58,123 nt of DNA, taken from positions 1-58,123 of the forward strand of contig CAIJYI010000022.1 of NCBI GenBank assembly GCA_903824855.1, in the 5' to 3' direction. The notes under the pieces were generated by a model that was not told the origin of the DNA, did not search any database, and was given only the letters and a program-made list of their open reading frames with translations. A program made the position numbers and the translations under genes. Below are positions 7,957-18,058 of the stretch, piece by piece. This DNA is from an uncultured bacterium (GTDB lineage Bacteria; Patescibacteriota; Minisyncoccia; Phycocordibacterales; CAIJYI01). Positions within the stretch are counted from its first letter, which is position 1. Every line of letters begins with the position of its first letter.

Positions 7957-9969
7957 ATGACATCAGGTCTCATTCTTAAATCAAAATATCAACCGGCCGG
8001 CGATCAACCGAAGGCTATTACGTCGCTTGTGTCCGGACTGAAAAAGGGTATGCGCTCGCAGACTCTTCTTGGTGTTACCGGTTCGGGAAAAACTTTTACT
8101 GTTGCTAATGTCATAAATACGATTCAAAAACCAACACTTGTTATTGCTCACAATAAAACTCTTGCTGCTCAGCTTGCTCAGGAATACCAGGAATTCTTCC
8201 CTGATGCCGCCGTACATTATTTTGTTTCCTACTATGACTATTATCAACCGGAAGCATATATGCCGATAACTGATACGTTTATTGAAAAAGATGCCCAGAT
8301 TAATGAAGAGATTGATCGACTTCGCCATGCTTCAACACAATCGCTCTTAACAAGAAAGGACGTGATTATTGTCGCTTCGGTTTCCTGTATTTATGGTTTG
8401 GGAAGCCCTGAAGAATACGAAAAGGAAAATTTGAAGCTTGCGGTCGGCGACAAATTTGAACGAAAGGAATTGCTCACTAGATTGATTGATATACATTATG
8501 AGCGAACAACCGGCGATTTGAATCCGGGGGAATTTCGTAGTATTGGCGGAAGAGTTGAAGTTATGCCGGTTTCAGAGCGTTTAGTTTTTAACATTCAGCT
8601 AGAAGGAAACGTCATTTCCGAAATACTAAAAATTGATCCGATTTCAGGAACCGTTATTTCACAACCAAATAATATTTTTCTTTTTCCTACAAAACATTTT
8701 CTTACTGAAGAAACTAAAACAAAGAAGGCGATTAAGGATATTCGTGCGGAACTGGAAGCTCAGTTAAAAATATTTGAGGCGGAAGGAAAACTTCTAGAAG
8801 CGGAACGTATTAAACGCCGAACGAATTACGACATGGCAATGATTCAAGAAATCGGATATTGTAGCGGTATTGAAAATTACTCGAGACATTTATCAGGAAA
8901 GAAGGAGGGTGAACCGCCGGAAACATTACTTTCCTATTTTCCACACAAAGAAGATGGAACTCCGGACTTTTTGACCATTATCGATGAATCTCATGTAACC
9001 CTATCGCAACTTCAGGGAATGTTTGCGGGTGATGCTTCACGTAAAAAAACATTGGTTGAATATGGATTTCGCTTGCCGAGCGCTAAGGATAACCGACCTC
9101 TAAAATATGACGAATTTAAAGAAAGAATTGGTCAGGTAATTTATACCTCGGCGACTCCAGGGACACAAGAAAGGGAAGAGAGCGAACAGATTGTTGAACA
9201 GGTTATTCGTCCGACAGGACTTATAGATCCGGAAGTAACACTTCGCCCAATTCTTCCTTCTGAAAAATACCCGGGACAAATTCAGGATTTTATCGCAGAA
9301 ACTGTTGAGACAGTCCAAAAAGGCGGTCGCGTTATCGCTACAACACTCACCAAGAAAATGGCGGAGGATTTATCCGTTTATCTGAAAGAAAAAGGAATTA
9401 AATCAGAATATCTCCACAGCGATATAAAAACGATTGACCGTATTAAAATTTTAACGGAATTTCGACGAGGTACCTTCGACTGTTTGGTTGGAGTTAATCT
9501 TTTGCGCGAAGGATTGGATTTGCCGGAAGTCACATTCATTGGGATTTTAGATGCTGATAAAGAAGGTTTTTTGCGTTCCGAAACGTCCTTAATTCAGACA
9601 ATCGGTCGTGCCGCGAGAAATGTTGAAGGGCGCGTCATTTTGTACGCCGATAAAATCACCGGTTCTATTGAACGTGCTGTTAGTGAAACTAATCGACGCC
9701 GGAAAATTCAAGTTGCCTATAATACAAAACACGGAATTACTCCTCAAACAATTATCAAACACATTCATGATATCACCGAGCATCTGGAAAGCGCCCACGA
9801 AAAAGCGGTAAATGCGAACCTACTTATCGACGGTGAAGTATTCGGGAAAGAGAAGGAAAAGCTTCTCAAGGTAAAACGAAGACAAATGGCCGCAGCCGTT
9901 CGTGAACTTGATTTTGAAACTGCCGCAATCCTCCGAGACGAAATTAAGATGATTGAAGGAAGGGAATAA
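7957..9969 (+). CDS. uvrB: Excinuclease ABC subunit B
   Basis: GVTGSGKT Walker A, helicase motifs, C-terminal UVR domain. The track's TTG 7951 start lies directly after the -10 box; ATG 7957 preferred. Confidence 0.93.
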   Translation: MTSGLILKSKYQPAGDQPKAITSLVSGLKKGMRSQTLLGVTGSGKTFTVANVINTIQKPTLVIAHNKTLAAQLAQEYQEFFPDAAVHYFVSYYDYYQPEAYMPITDTFIEKDAQINEEIDRLRHASTQSLLTRKDVIIVASVSCIYGLGSPEEYEKENLKLAVGDKFERKELLTRLIDIHYERTTGDLNPGEFRSIGGRVEVMPVSERLVFNIQLEGNVISEILKIDPISGTVISQPNNIFLFPTKHFLTEETKTKKAIKDIRAELEAQLKIFEAEGKLLEAERIKRRTNYDMAMIQEIGYCSGIENYSRHLSGKKEGEPPETLLSYFPHKEDGTPDFLTIIDESHVTLSQLQGMFAGDASRKKTLVEYGFRLPSAKDNRPLKYDEFKERIGQVIYTSATPGTQEREESEQIVEQVIRPTGLIDPEVTLRPILPSEKYPGQIQDFIAETVETVQKGGRVIATTLTKKMAEDLSVYLKEKGIKSEYLHSDIKTIDRIKILTEFRRGTFDCLVGVNLLREGLDLPEVTFIGILDADKEGFLRSETSLIQTIGRAARNVEGRVILYADKITGSIERAVSETNRRRKIQVAYNTKHGITPQTIIKHIHDITEHLESAHEKAVNANLLIDGEVFGKEKEKLLKVKRRQMAAAVRELDFETAAILRDEIKMIEGRE

Positions 9970-10052
9970 AGAAATTGATCTTATTGCGCGAGAACAGAAA
10001 TTAATATAATATATTCTCAGTCATTTATTTCAACATTAATGAGGTGTTCCTT

Positions 10053-10328
10053 ATGAAGGGAAAAATATTACTATTTTGCCTGCTTATACTTTTTTCACTT
10101 TTTGGTTTTGTGTCAGCATCGAATTCGGCTCTAAATTTAAAAGTGGGTGATATTGTTCATTTTACGGCTGAAGCAAGGGCAGAATTTGGCTTAAACGGTT
10201 TTGCAAAAATTCAAAGAATTGAGAGAATCGATGTTTGCAATCCCGAAACAAAAATCTGTGCGTCTCCCGTTCTTGTCGTAGAGCAAGACGAAAATGAACT
10301 TCTCGTAAATTCAGATTGGGTGGAATAA
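10053..10328 (+). CDS. Small secreted protein, unknown function
   Basis: SD gaggtg, then ATG 10053; signal-peptide-like MKGKILLFCLLILFSLFGFVSA. Confidence 0.6.
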   Translation: MKGKILLFCLLILFSLFGFVSASNSALNLKVGDIVHFTAEARAEFGLNGFAKIQRIERIDVCNPETKICASPVLVVEQDENELLVNSDWVE

Positions 10329-10334
10329 AACATG

Positions 10335-10369
10335 ATACCGTTCCGATACATTTCGGAGCGGTATTTTTT
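10335..10369 (+). terminator. Intrinsic terminator
   Basis: ataccgttccga / tcggagcggtat 12-bp stem followed by a T-run. Confidence 0.8.
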
Positions 10370-10381
10370 GTAAATAGTGGC

Positions 10382-10410
10382 TTGACAAAAGCTAAAAAAT
10401 AACGTAAAAT
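10382..10410 (+). promoter_or_regulatory. hyp operon promoter TTGACA-17-TAAAAT
   Basis: TTGACA at 10382-10387, TAAAAT at 10405-10410; SD aggaga before hypF. Confidence 0.7.
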
Positions 10411-10455
10411 CTGCACATAGTACTTTGACAAATTCATCATATTTAGGAGATTAGA

Positions 10456-12774
10456 ATGACTAATCATGGAGACGCAAAAAAACGTCTAAAAATAGAGATA
10501 AAAGGCACTGTTCAGGGGGTTGGATTTCGACCTTTTGTCTGGCGCTTAGCAAATGAACTTGACGTAAAAGGCTGGGTAGTAAATGGGGTGCGTGGTGTGG
10601 TTATCGAGGCGGAAGCTTCAGAATCGACACTTTTGGAATTTCTAAGAAGACTTTCCGATGATGCACCCGTAGTTTCGAGTATTGAATCGAAGAAACATTT
10701 GTTTCTCCAGGACACAGTTTCCTACGAAACTTTTGATATTCGTGAGAGTGATGATGTGGGAGAAAAAACAGCATTGGTACTTCCTGACTTGGCAACTTGT
10801 CCGGAATGTCAAAGTGAAATTTTCAATCAAAAAAATCGTCGCTTCCGATATCCATTCACGAATTGTACGAACTGCGGACCACGATATTCAATTATCGAAA
10901 ATGTCCCGTATGATCGTCCAAATACAACAATGAAAGTTTTTCCAATGTGCCCCGATTGCAGGAAAGAATACAACGATCCTAGTAATCGTCGTTTCTATGC
11001 CCAACCGAATGCGTGTCCCGTTTGCGGACCTCATTTGGAATTATTGGATACTCTTGGATTATCTTTTGCCTCACACGATGACGCTTTGCAAGCTGCAGAA
11101 GATGTCATTCGAAGTGGTGGTACCGTTGCATTAAAAGGTTTGGGTGGTTTTCAATTACTCATTGACGCGACAGAAGAAACTGCGATTAAAAGATTAAGAG
11201 CAATGAAAGGCCGTCCGGGTGAAAAACCGTTCGCGGTTATGTATCCGAATCTTGAACTCATAAAAGCTCATTGCGAAGTCTCAGTCGAAGAGGAAAAAAT
11301 TCTTACTTCAATCGAATCTCCAATCGTGCTTTTAAAAAGAAGAGAAAATCCGAGAGATATAGAGAAACTTCCGCATGAATCAATTGCTCCCGATAGTAAA
11401 ATTATCGGAGTGATGCTTCCTTATACTCCACTACATCATTTACTGATGTCTGATTTAGGTTTTCCTGTTGTGGCTACCAGTGGTAACATTTCAGATGAAC
11501 CAATCATCACGGAGAATAATGAAGCAGTAGAAAAACTTGCTCACATTGCGGATGTTTTCCTTGTTCATAATCGTGGAATTGTTCGTCATGTCGACGACTC
11601 AATCGCGAGAGTGATAGACGGAAGGCCAATCATTTTGAGACGGGCACGGGGTTATGCTCCATTGCCAATCACAATAAAAAACGCATCGGATAAAAGTCCT
11701 TGCGTGGTTGCCTTCGGGCCTGACCTTAAAAATACGGGTGCCGTTTTAATTGGCGATAAAGTGTTTATGACACAACATATCGGCGACATGGAAACAGTAG
11801 CTTCGGAAAAAGCATTAATTCGTTCAATCAAAGACATAATAGCTTTTAGGGATAAAAAACCCGAAGCCGTCGTCTGTGATTTACATCCCAACTATGAGTC
11901 AACAAAAATGGCGGAAACTTTTGCATCGGAATTAAATATTCCTTTGCATCGAATCCAACATCATAAAGCGCATATTTTATCCGCGATGACTGAAAATGGC
12001 ATCATTGGTGAAAATGCACTCGGCGTGGCTTGGGATGGTACGGGTTATGGAGAAGACGATACAATATGGGGCGGAGAATTTTTCTGCGTCAATAAAACCG
12101 GATTGAAACGTCTTGCTCACTTTCGGACATTTGGATTGATTGGTGGCGACACAGCAGCTCGCGAGCCTAAACGCTCCGCGATTGCAATGCTATATGAAAT
12201 TTTTGGGAATGAAATTTTTAATTCCGAGAGATATTCATCAGTCGTCGCACTTTCAGAAAATGAAAGAAAATTATTTCCAAAAATGCTTGAGAACAAGGTG
12301 AACGTTTTCACTACATCAAGCGCAGGCAGATTATTTGATGCCATCGCATCAATATTGGATATTTGTCACTCTTCGGATTACGAAGGGCATGCTGCGATAT
12401 TACTCGAGCAAGCGATTGGAAAAACAGTTACCGATGAAAGCTACCAATTTCGATTTATGGAAAATGGCACGCTTGATTGGGAACCGATGATTCGTTCCAT
12501 TTTGAACGACTTCGAAGAAGGAATTCCTCGTTCAGTTATGTCGGCAAAATTTCACAATACGCTTGCAAAGGCGATTGTAAAGATTGCTGAATTATCAGAG
12601 GAGAAAAAAGTGGTCTTATCCGGCGGATGTTTTCAAAATAAATATTTGTTGGAACGGGTCATGAAGGAATTTGAGGGAACTGAAATAGAGGTTTTTACTC
12701 AAAACAAATTACCGATGAATGACGGGGGAATTGCCCTTGGTCAAATCACCGCATTTCTTATGAACACAAAATAA
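10456..12774 (+). CDS. hypF: [NiFe]-hydrogenase maturation carbamoyltransferase HypF
   Basis: 772 aa; acylphosphatase N-terminus (GTVQGVGFRPF), two CxxC-x18-CxxC zinc fingers, YrdC-like and Kae1-like domains. Confidence 0.92.
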   Translation: MTNHGDAKKRLKIEIKGTVQGVGFRPFVWRLANELDVKGWVVNGVRGVVIEAEASESTLLEFLRRLSDDAPVVSSIESKKHLFLQDTVSYETFDIRESDDVGEKTALVLPDLATCPECQSEIFNQKNRRFRYPFTNCTNCGPRYSIIENVPYDRPNTTMKVFPMCPDCRKEYNDPSNRRFYAQPNACPVCGPHLELLDTLGLSFASHDDALQAAEDVIRSGGTVALKGLGGFQLLIDATEETAIKRLRAMKGRPGEKPFAVMYPNLELIKAHCEVSVEEEKILTSIESPIVLLKRRENPRDIEKLPHESIAPDSKIIGVMLPYTPLHHLLMSDLGFPVVATSGNISDEPIITENNEAVEKLAHIADVFLVHNRGIVRHVDDSIARVIDGRPIILRRARGYAPLPITIKNASDKSPCVVAFGPDLKNTGAVLIGDKVFMTQHIGDMETVASEKALIRSIKDIIAFRDKKPEAVVCDLHPNYESTKMAETFASELNIPLHRIQHHKAHILSAMTENGIIGENALGVAWDGTGYGEDDTIWGGEFFCVNKTGLKRLAHFRTFGLIGGDTAAREPKRSAIAMLYEIFGNEIFNSERYSSVVALSENERKLFPKMLENKVNVFTTSSAGRLFDAIASILDICHSSDYEGHAAILLEQAIGKTVTDESYQFRFMENGTLDWEPMIRSILNDFEEGIPRSVMSAKFHNTLAKAIVKIAELSEEKKVVLSGGCFQNKYLLERVMKEFEGTEIEVFTQNKLPMNDGGIALGQITAFLMNTK

Positions 12775-12794
12775 ACCTAAAGGAGGTGATAATT

Positions 12795-13022
12795 ATGTGT
12801 TTAGGTGTACCCGGAAAAATTATTGAAATAACGGGGGTCGCACCATTTTGCACGGCCAAAGTTAGTTTTGGCGGGGCAGTTAAAAGCGGAATTTCGCTTA
12901 TGGCTTGCCCGGATGCAAAAGTGGACGATTATTGTTTAACTCACGCAGGCAGTGCACTTTCCGTCATTGACGAAGAAGCAGCAAACGAAATACTAGAATG
13001 GCTTCGTTGCTATGCCAAATAA
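12795..13022 (+). CDS. hypC: Hydrogenase maturation chaperone HypC
   Basis: MCLGVPGKI N-terminus (Cys2) when started at ATG 12795, 8 nt after aaggagg. Confidence 0.88.
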   Translation: MCLGVPGKIIEITGVAPFCTAKVSFGGAVKSGISLMACPDAKVDDYCLTHAGSALSVIDEEAANEILEWLRCYAK

Positions 13023-13034
13023 GAGGATTGGACC

Positions 13035-14162
13035 ATGAAATATGTTACAGAATTCCGCGACAAGGAAGTTGCGGAGGGGGTGATTTTAGAAATCAATAAA
13101 GTGGTTGCCGAAATCAAAAAAAATCCCAGAATAAAATTGCCGATTCGTTTGATGGAAATCTGCGGAGGGCAAACACATTCAATTCTTCAGTATGGTATAC
13201 ATTCGGCGCTTCCTAAAGAAGTGGAATTCGTCCACGGACCGGGATGTCCCGTTTGTGTTACTCCAATCGAAACCATTAACCTTGCTTTGGAACTCGCAAA
13301 ACAACCGAATGTGATTTTCACATCTTTCGGTGATATGTTGCGTGTTCCCGGTTCAGACGAAAATATGTTTGAAGCAAAAGCAAAGGGTGCTGATATCAGA
13401 TGGGTGTACGCACCAAGTGAAGCCGTCGAAATTGCAAAACAAAATCCTGATAAAGAAGTAGTATTCTTTGCCATCGGATTTGAAACAACTACATGGCCTA
13501 TTACTGAAGCCCTTTGTATTGCAGAAAGAGACAGTGTGAAAAACTTCTCGATTCTTCCAACAATGGTTCGCGTTCCTCCCGCACTTGAAGTAATTTTGAG
13601 TGATCCCGAATGTATTATCGACGGCATACTTGCCGCCGGTCACGTTTGCACGATTATGGGAACGGAAGAGTATGAACCACTTGTAGAAAAGTATAACGTG
13701 CCGATTGTTGTCACCGGATTTCAACCCATTGATATTCTAACCGGTGTGCTTCTAGCTCTACTACAAATTGAGGAAGGTCGTTCTGATGTTGAAAATGCTT
13801 ATGGATGGGTAGCAAATAGTGCGGGAAGTACCGTCGCTAAATCTCTCATCAATAAATTCTTCAAAATAGTCGACAGAAAATGGCGCGGTATCGGATTGAT
13901 ACCGAATAGCGGTTTTGGACTTCGCGATGAATATCTCAAATATGATGCAGAAATAAAATGGAAAAACATACACGCCCGCAAGGAACCTGAACCCAATAAA
14001 TATTGTGGTCTCGTTCTAACGGGGAAAATTAAACCTACAGAGTGTCCTTTCTACAAAAAGGAATGTTCGCAAGAACACCCAATTGGGGCACTTATGGTTT
14101 CCTCAGAGGGCGCGTGCGCGGCATACTTTTTGTACAACAAAGATACAGGAGAAAGTAAATGA
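13035..14162 (+). CDS. hypD: Hydrogenase maturation protein HypD
   Basis: 375 aa; CGGQTH and GPGCPVCV motifs. Confidence 0.92.
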   Translation: MKYVTEFRDKEVAEGVILEINKVVAEIKKNPRIKLPIRLMEICGGQTHSILQYGIHSALPKEVEFVHGPGCPVCVTPIETINLALELAKQPNVIFTSFGDMLRVPGSDENMFEAKAKGADIRWVYAPSEAVEIAKQNPDKEVVFFAIGFETTTWPITEALCIAERDSVKNFSILPTMVRVPPALEVILSDPECIIDGILAAGHVCTIMGTEEYEPLVEKYNVPIVVTGFQPIDILTGVLLALLQIEEGRSDVENAYGWVANSAGSTVAKSLINKFFKIVDRKWRGIGLIPNSGFGLRDEYLKYDAEIKWKNIHARKEPEPNKYCGLVLTGKIKPTECPFYKKECSQEHPIGALMVSSEGACAAYFLYNKDTGESK

Positions 14163-15202
14163 GTAATTTCAATTTACAATGCCCTGTGATGGGGTACAAA
14201 GATACGGATGTCGTCACAATGGCCCACGGTTCGGGTGGAGAAAGCATGCAACGGCTTATTGGTGAAATGTATGCAAATGCTTTTCCCAAATTACAAAAAG
14301 ATACCGATGCTGCTTGTTTACCTAATATCGGTGAAATGGCTTTTACCACAGATTCATTTGTGGTAGATCCAATTTTCTTTCCGGGTGGTGATATTGGTTC
14401 GCTTGCCGTACACGGTACGGTAAACGATATTGCGATGATGGGAGCTAGGCCAAAATTTATGAGTGTCGCGTTTATTATCGAGGAGGGCTTTCCTCTTAAA
14501 GATTTGAACACGATTGTTCATTCAATGGCAGACGCTGCAAAAAAAAGTAATATACAGATTGTAACCGGTGATACAAAAGTAGTCGGAAGAGGACAGGGAA
14601 ACGGAATATATATTAATACTTCAGCTGTCGGTAATCTAATGATTCATGATTGTAACCAACCTCAATATGTCGACGTTGGAGATAAGATAATTGTTTCAGG
14701 CGATATTGGGCGTCATGGTATGGCCATAATGTCGGTTCGTAACGGTTTAGAGTTAGATCCACCCATACTTTCCGATTCAGCGCCGTTAAACGCAATGGTT
14801 CTATCGATTTTGAACGATGATGTTTACCCATCTTGTATGCGAGATGCGACACGAGGTGGAGTTGCTGCGGTTTTGAATGAAATCGCGCGAACCGCACAAG
14901 TTCATATACGCATAGAAGAAGAAAAAGTTCCCGTTGATGAAAATGTTCGCGGTCTTGCCGAAATTCTTGGTCTTGATCCGTTGCACATTGCAAACGAAGG
15001 AAGATTTGTTCTTTTTGTAAAAGCGGAAGACGCTCTACGTACGGTAAAAATTCTCCAAACTTTTGAAGGCGGAGAAAAAGCTGCGATTATCGGCGAAGTG
15101 GCCGGTAAAAATAAAAATGGTTTGGTTACGGCCAAAACTTTACTCGGCTCAGAAAAACCGATACATATGCCCGCAGGAGAAATCTTGCCAAGGATATGTT
15201 AA
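14159..15202 (+). CDS. hypE: Hydrogenase maturation protein HypE
   Basis: 347 aa; PurM-like fold, C-terminal PRIC motif; ATGA overlap with hypD. Confidence 0.92.
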   Translation: MSNFNLQCPVMGYKDTDVVTMAHGSGGESMQRLIGEMYANAFPKLQKDTDAACLPNIGEMAFTTDSFVVDPIFFPGGDIGSLAVHGTVNDIAMMGARPKFMSVAFIIEEGFPLKDLNTIVHSMADAAKKSNIQIVTGDTKVVGRGQGNGIYINTSAVGNLMIHDCNQPQYVDVGDKIIVSGDIGRHGMAIMSVRNGLELDPPILSDSAPLNAMVLSILNDDVYPSCMRDATRGGVAAVLNEIARTAQVHIRIEEEKVPVDENVRGLAEILGLDPLHIANEGRFVLFVKAEDALRTVKILQTFEGGEKAAIIGEVAGKNKNGLVTAKTLLGSEKPIHMPAGEILPRIC

Positions 15203-15226
15203 AATTTGTTCTTTAGTTATAATTCA

Positions 15227-15254
15227 AAAGGGTGACCGATGTCACCCTTTTTTT
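15227..15254. terminator. Bidirectional terminator between hypE and priA
   Basis: aaagggtgac-cgat-gtcacccttt 10-bp stem followed by a T-run. Confidence 0.85.
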
Positions 15255-15277
15255 ATTGGTACAATTGAGTCTGTAAC

Positions 15278-17209
15278 TTATAGTAAATCTTCCGGATCTA
15301 TCTTCACTTTGAAATATGGCGGTAATGAAATAATTTTTTGAACCAATTCTGCGTCAGGCCATTTTTCCGTAGCTGTTTTCATTATGGCGTTTACTTGAAA
15401 TCGATCTTTAATTTTCGGAATAAAAGCGGGGAAAATTTTGACGCCGTAATTCTTAAAAACGCTTTCAATTAAGTTAGCTTTTTCCGCAACTTCTTGATCG
15501 GTTCCTTCAAAACGAATTTTAATGATCGTTGAATAAGGGGGATAAAAGAAGCGCATTCTTTCTTTTGTTTCATCCTTGTAAAATTCCATCAGATTTCCCT
15601 GCATAAGTGCTCGAAATATCTTTTCCTGAGGATATCTTGTTTGAACAATAAAAGTTTTTTCAGCTTTTGTTTTAACTTCAAGAAGTTTTCTGAGTATTTT
15701 TTCATTTGTTCGAAAGTCCGGAAGAGAAAAAAGTGAATCTACTGAAATGACGGCTGCTAGTGATACTTTGTCGATATAAGGCATCGCAAATTCCGTTCCG
15801 ATAAGAATTGAGCCCCTTGAATTTTTAAAAGTGTTTGAGATTTCTGAACACTTCTTTTCGTTTTTTACCACATCTGAATTCAACTCGTGGATTGGAACTC
15901 CGGGAAACATCTCTTGAATTTCCACGGCCGCCTGTTCGACACCGACTCCAAGTGGCATTAATCTCCAACTGCTACAGATAGGGCACATTATATCAGTCTT
16001 TTTTCTCTCTTCGCATTTATGACAGATGAATATATTTCTCATTCCTTCACGATGAAGAACATAGGGAATCTGACACCTCTGGCACGTTAAAACATTTCCA
16101 CAATCACGGCAGGCGGTAAGGGGAGCAAGTCCGCGTCGCACACCAAAGAGAAAGACATTGCCTCCCGCTGATAGAGTATCGGTGATTGAACGGCGAAGCG
16201 GCTCGGAAATAATTCTCCATGTTTTATCCGGAGAAGGTTCGCGTTTGTCTTTTCTTGTATCAATAACTTCTTGTTCCAATGTTGAGAGAAGTCGAAAACG
16301 TAACGGAATTATTGCGGAAAGTTTCTTTTCCTCATATCGCCAGAGTGTTTCAATTCTCAAAAATGAATCTCCAACGATAAATCGTGCTACCATTTTTTCC
16401 GCATATTTTTCGAGGAAGAAACGAAAATCAAAATAGGGTCTAGAAAATGTTTGGTAAGAATCACGACTTTCTTGTTCAATAATAAATGCGCCAAAATCGC
16501 ATCTTGGAACGGATGCAAACATTGGCGTTCCTATAATAAGAACAGGGTGCGTCGTTTCCATTATTTTTTTCCACGTAGCGACCATTTCTTTCGGCGACAA
16601 TTTTCCGTTCAAAATAAAAGTATATTGCTCAATTCCTCTTGAGAGTTCATGAGAAACCATCTCTGTGCTCATCGTCGTGGAACAGGAAAGAAATACAGAT
16701 GAACCCCTCGCAAATTCTTCTCTAATTATTCCGCGATATACTGAAAATCGATCCTCATGACTCGCTTGAATTGCAAATTTATCAGCATGGAGAATTTTAT
16801 CAGCATGATCTGAACGTTTTATGACAGTAGCATCGTCTTTAAGTAGAGGGGTGAGAATTCCTTTTGGTTTAAGATATTCATCAAAAATTCTTACCGGTAC
16901 TAATCCTGAAATAACACCGCCAACGGTAGATGCATAAAATTTTGCCGTTTCATTTGCCGCCTCAATAAATTCCGGAAGTATAAAATTTCTTTCCGCAATC
17001 TTTTCAACGCGTTTCAATGTAAAACGCGAACTTTTTAGCCTTGATTTTGCTTCATTGGCATCTTCAAACGAAGTCACTAAGCCGGGGACTGATTTTCCCC
17101 GTAGAGGAATAACAACGAGAGAATTATTTTGTATGTCTTTTGAAGTATAGTAGGTCAAAACCTCCTTTAAAACTCCTTGTGTAATTGGGGAAGCATTAAC
17201 TATCTTCAT
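15278..17209 (-). CDS. priA: Primosomal protein N' (PriA)-like, helicase motifs degenerate
   Basis: 643 aa; four CxxC (CRDC, CQRC, CHKC, CPIC) as in the PriA zinc region. QASHEDRFSVY replaces GxGKTEVY and IIEQESRDSY replaces DEEHDSSY. Confidence 0.75.
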   Translation of the reverse strand: MKIVNASPITQGVLKEVLTYYTSKDIQNNSLVVIPLRGKSVPGLVTSFEDANEAKSRLKSSRFTLKRVEKIAERNFILPEFIEAANETAKFYASTVGGVISGLVPVRIFDEYLKPKGILTPLLKDDATVIKRSDHADKILHADKFAIQASHEDRFSVYRGIIREEFARGSSVFLSCSTTMSTEMVSHELSRGIEQYTFILNGKLSPKEMVATWKKIMETTHPVLIIGTPMFASVPRCDFGAFIIEQESRDSYQTFSRPYFDFRFFLEKYAEKMVARFIVGDSFLRIETLWRYEEKKLSAIIPLRFRLLSTLEQEVIDTRKDKREPSPDKTWRIISEPLRRSITDTLSAGGNVFLFGVRRGLAPLTACRDCGNVLTCQRCQIPYVLHREGMRNIFICHKCEERKKTDIMCPICSSWRLMPLGVGVEQAAVEIQEMFPGVPIHELNSDVVKNEKKCSEISNTFKNSRGSILIGTEFAMPYIDKVSLAAVISVDSLFSLPDFRTNEKILRKLLEVKTKAEKTFIVQTRYPQEKIFRALMQGNLMEFYKDETKERMRFFYPPYSTIIKIRFEGTDQEVAEKANLIESVFKNYGVKIFPAFIPKIKDRFQVNAIMKTATEKWPDAELVQKIISLPPYFKVKIDPEDLL

Positions 17210-17225
17210 TTGTTATAAAACGTGT

Positions 17226-17921
17226 TTAATTCGAAAGACCCGAGATTCGATATAGTGAATCGTCGTCTTTTATGATGAGCGTATTGTTGGAGAGAACAAA
17301 AAGTGGGGAAATTCCTTTGTAAACCGGTTGGAAATTTCTTGGAGTTGTTGCCCCAGTTTCTACCGCAAAAATTCCGTCATTTACTGCGACGAGTAATACA
17401 TCGGTTCTTCCGGGGAAAAAATCTGCGGAACGTGCGTTTGCGATACGGGTAGTTTCGAGTGGCTTCAATACATCTTGTCGGATTGTGATTGAATCAAAAA
17501 GTGCAAGAGTATCTTTGTATTCCGAACTCATTTCAATGACCCCATTTGAATAGGAATTTTTGACAATCTCAATAGGTTTTATGTCTTTTTGAACAAGAAG
17601 GGGATTAAGAGTAATTTCTTGTTTTGCTCCTAAATCAATATTCTTTTCCCAAGGCCAAGAATTTCCGCGTGAAATGATAACAGAATGATTTCCTTCAAAA
17701 TAATTATAAGACATTTTTTCACCTGACCCCTGCGAGTGTCCGGCGATTCTTCCGTCAATATATACTTCCGTTCCATACGACGGTGAAATGAGAGATATGG
17801 TTCCTGTGGTTTCCTTTGACCATATACCATAGGCGATTGCCAGCATAACGGCAAAAATTACTGTGATAATAACCTGCGGCGGAATTTGTTCCTTAACAAT
17901 ATTTTTGAGTGTCATCTTCAT
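17226..17921 (-). CDS. Membrane-anchored protein with PEGA-like domain
   Basis: N-terminal TM; VYIDGRIAGHS...GNHSVIISR resembles PEGA; TATAAT 6 nt before ATG. Confidence 0.55.
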   Translation of the reverse strand: MKMTLKNIVKEQIPPQVIITVIFAVMLAIAYGIWSKETTGTISLISPSYGTEVYIDGRIAGHSQGSGEKMSYNYFEGNHSVIISRGNSWPWEKNIDLGAKQEITLNPLLVQKDIKPIEIVKNSYSNGVIEMSSEYKDTLALFDSITIRQDVLKPLETTRIANARSADFFPGRTDVLLVAVNDGIFAVETGATTPRNFQPVYKGISPLFVLSNNTLIIKDDDSLYRISGLSN

Positions 17922-18058
17922 AATGACATTATAATACAGGAAAAGAGTATAAATTGTAAATTGACAACCGTATTCTATTGTTATGAGATAAATAAACGCC
18001 TTTTTTTAAAATAGAAAAAGCCGCCACCGATATTATCAGTGACGACGGTATTCTTTAC

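Noticed and set aside
10382-15202. Treating the hyp operon as proof of an active hydrogenase
   Set aside because: No structural hydrogenase genes are in the window. The presence of a hydrogenase is only an expectation to be tested elsewhere in the genome.
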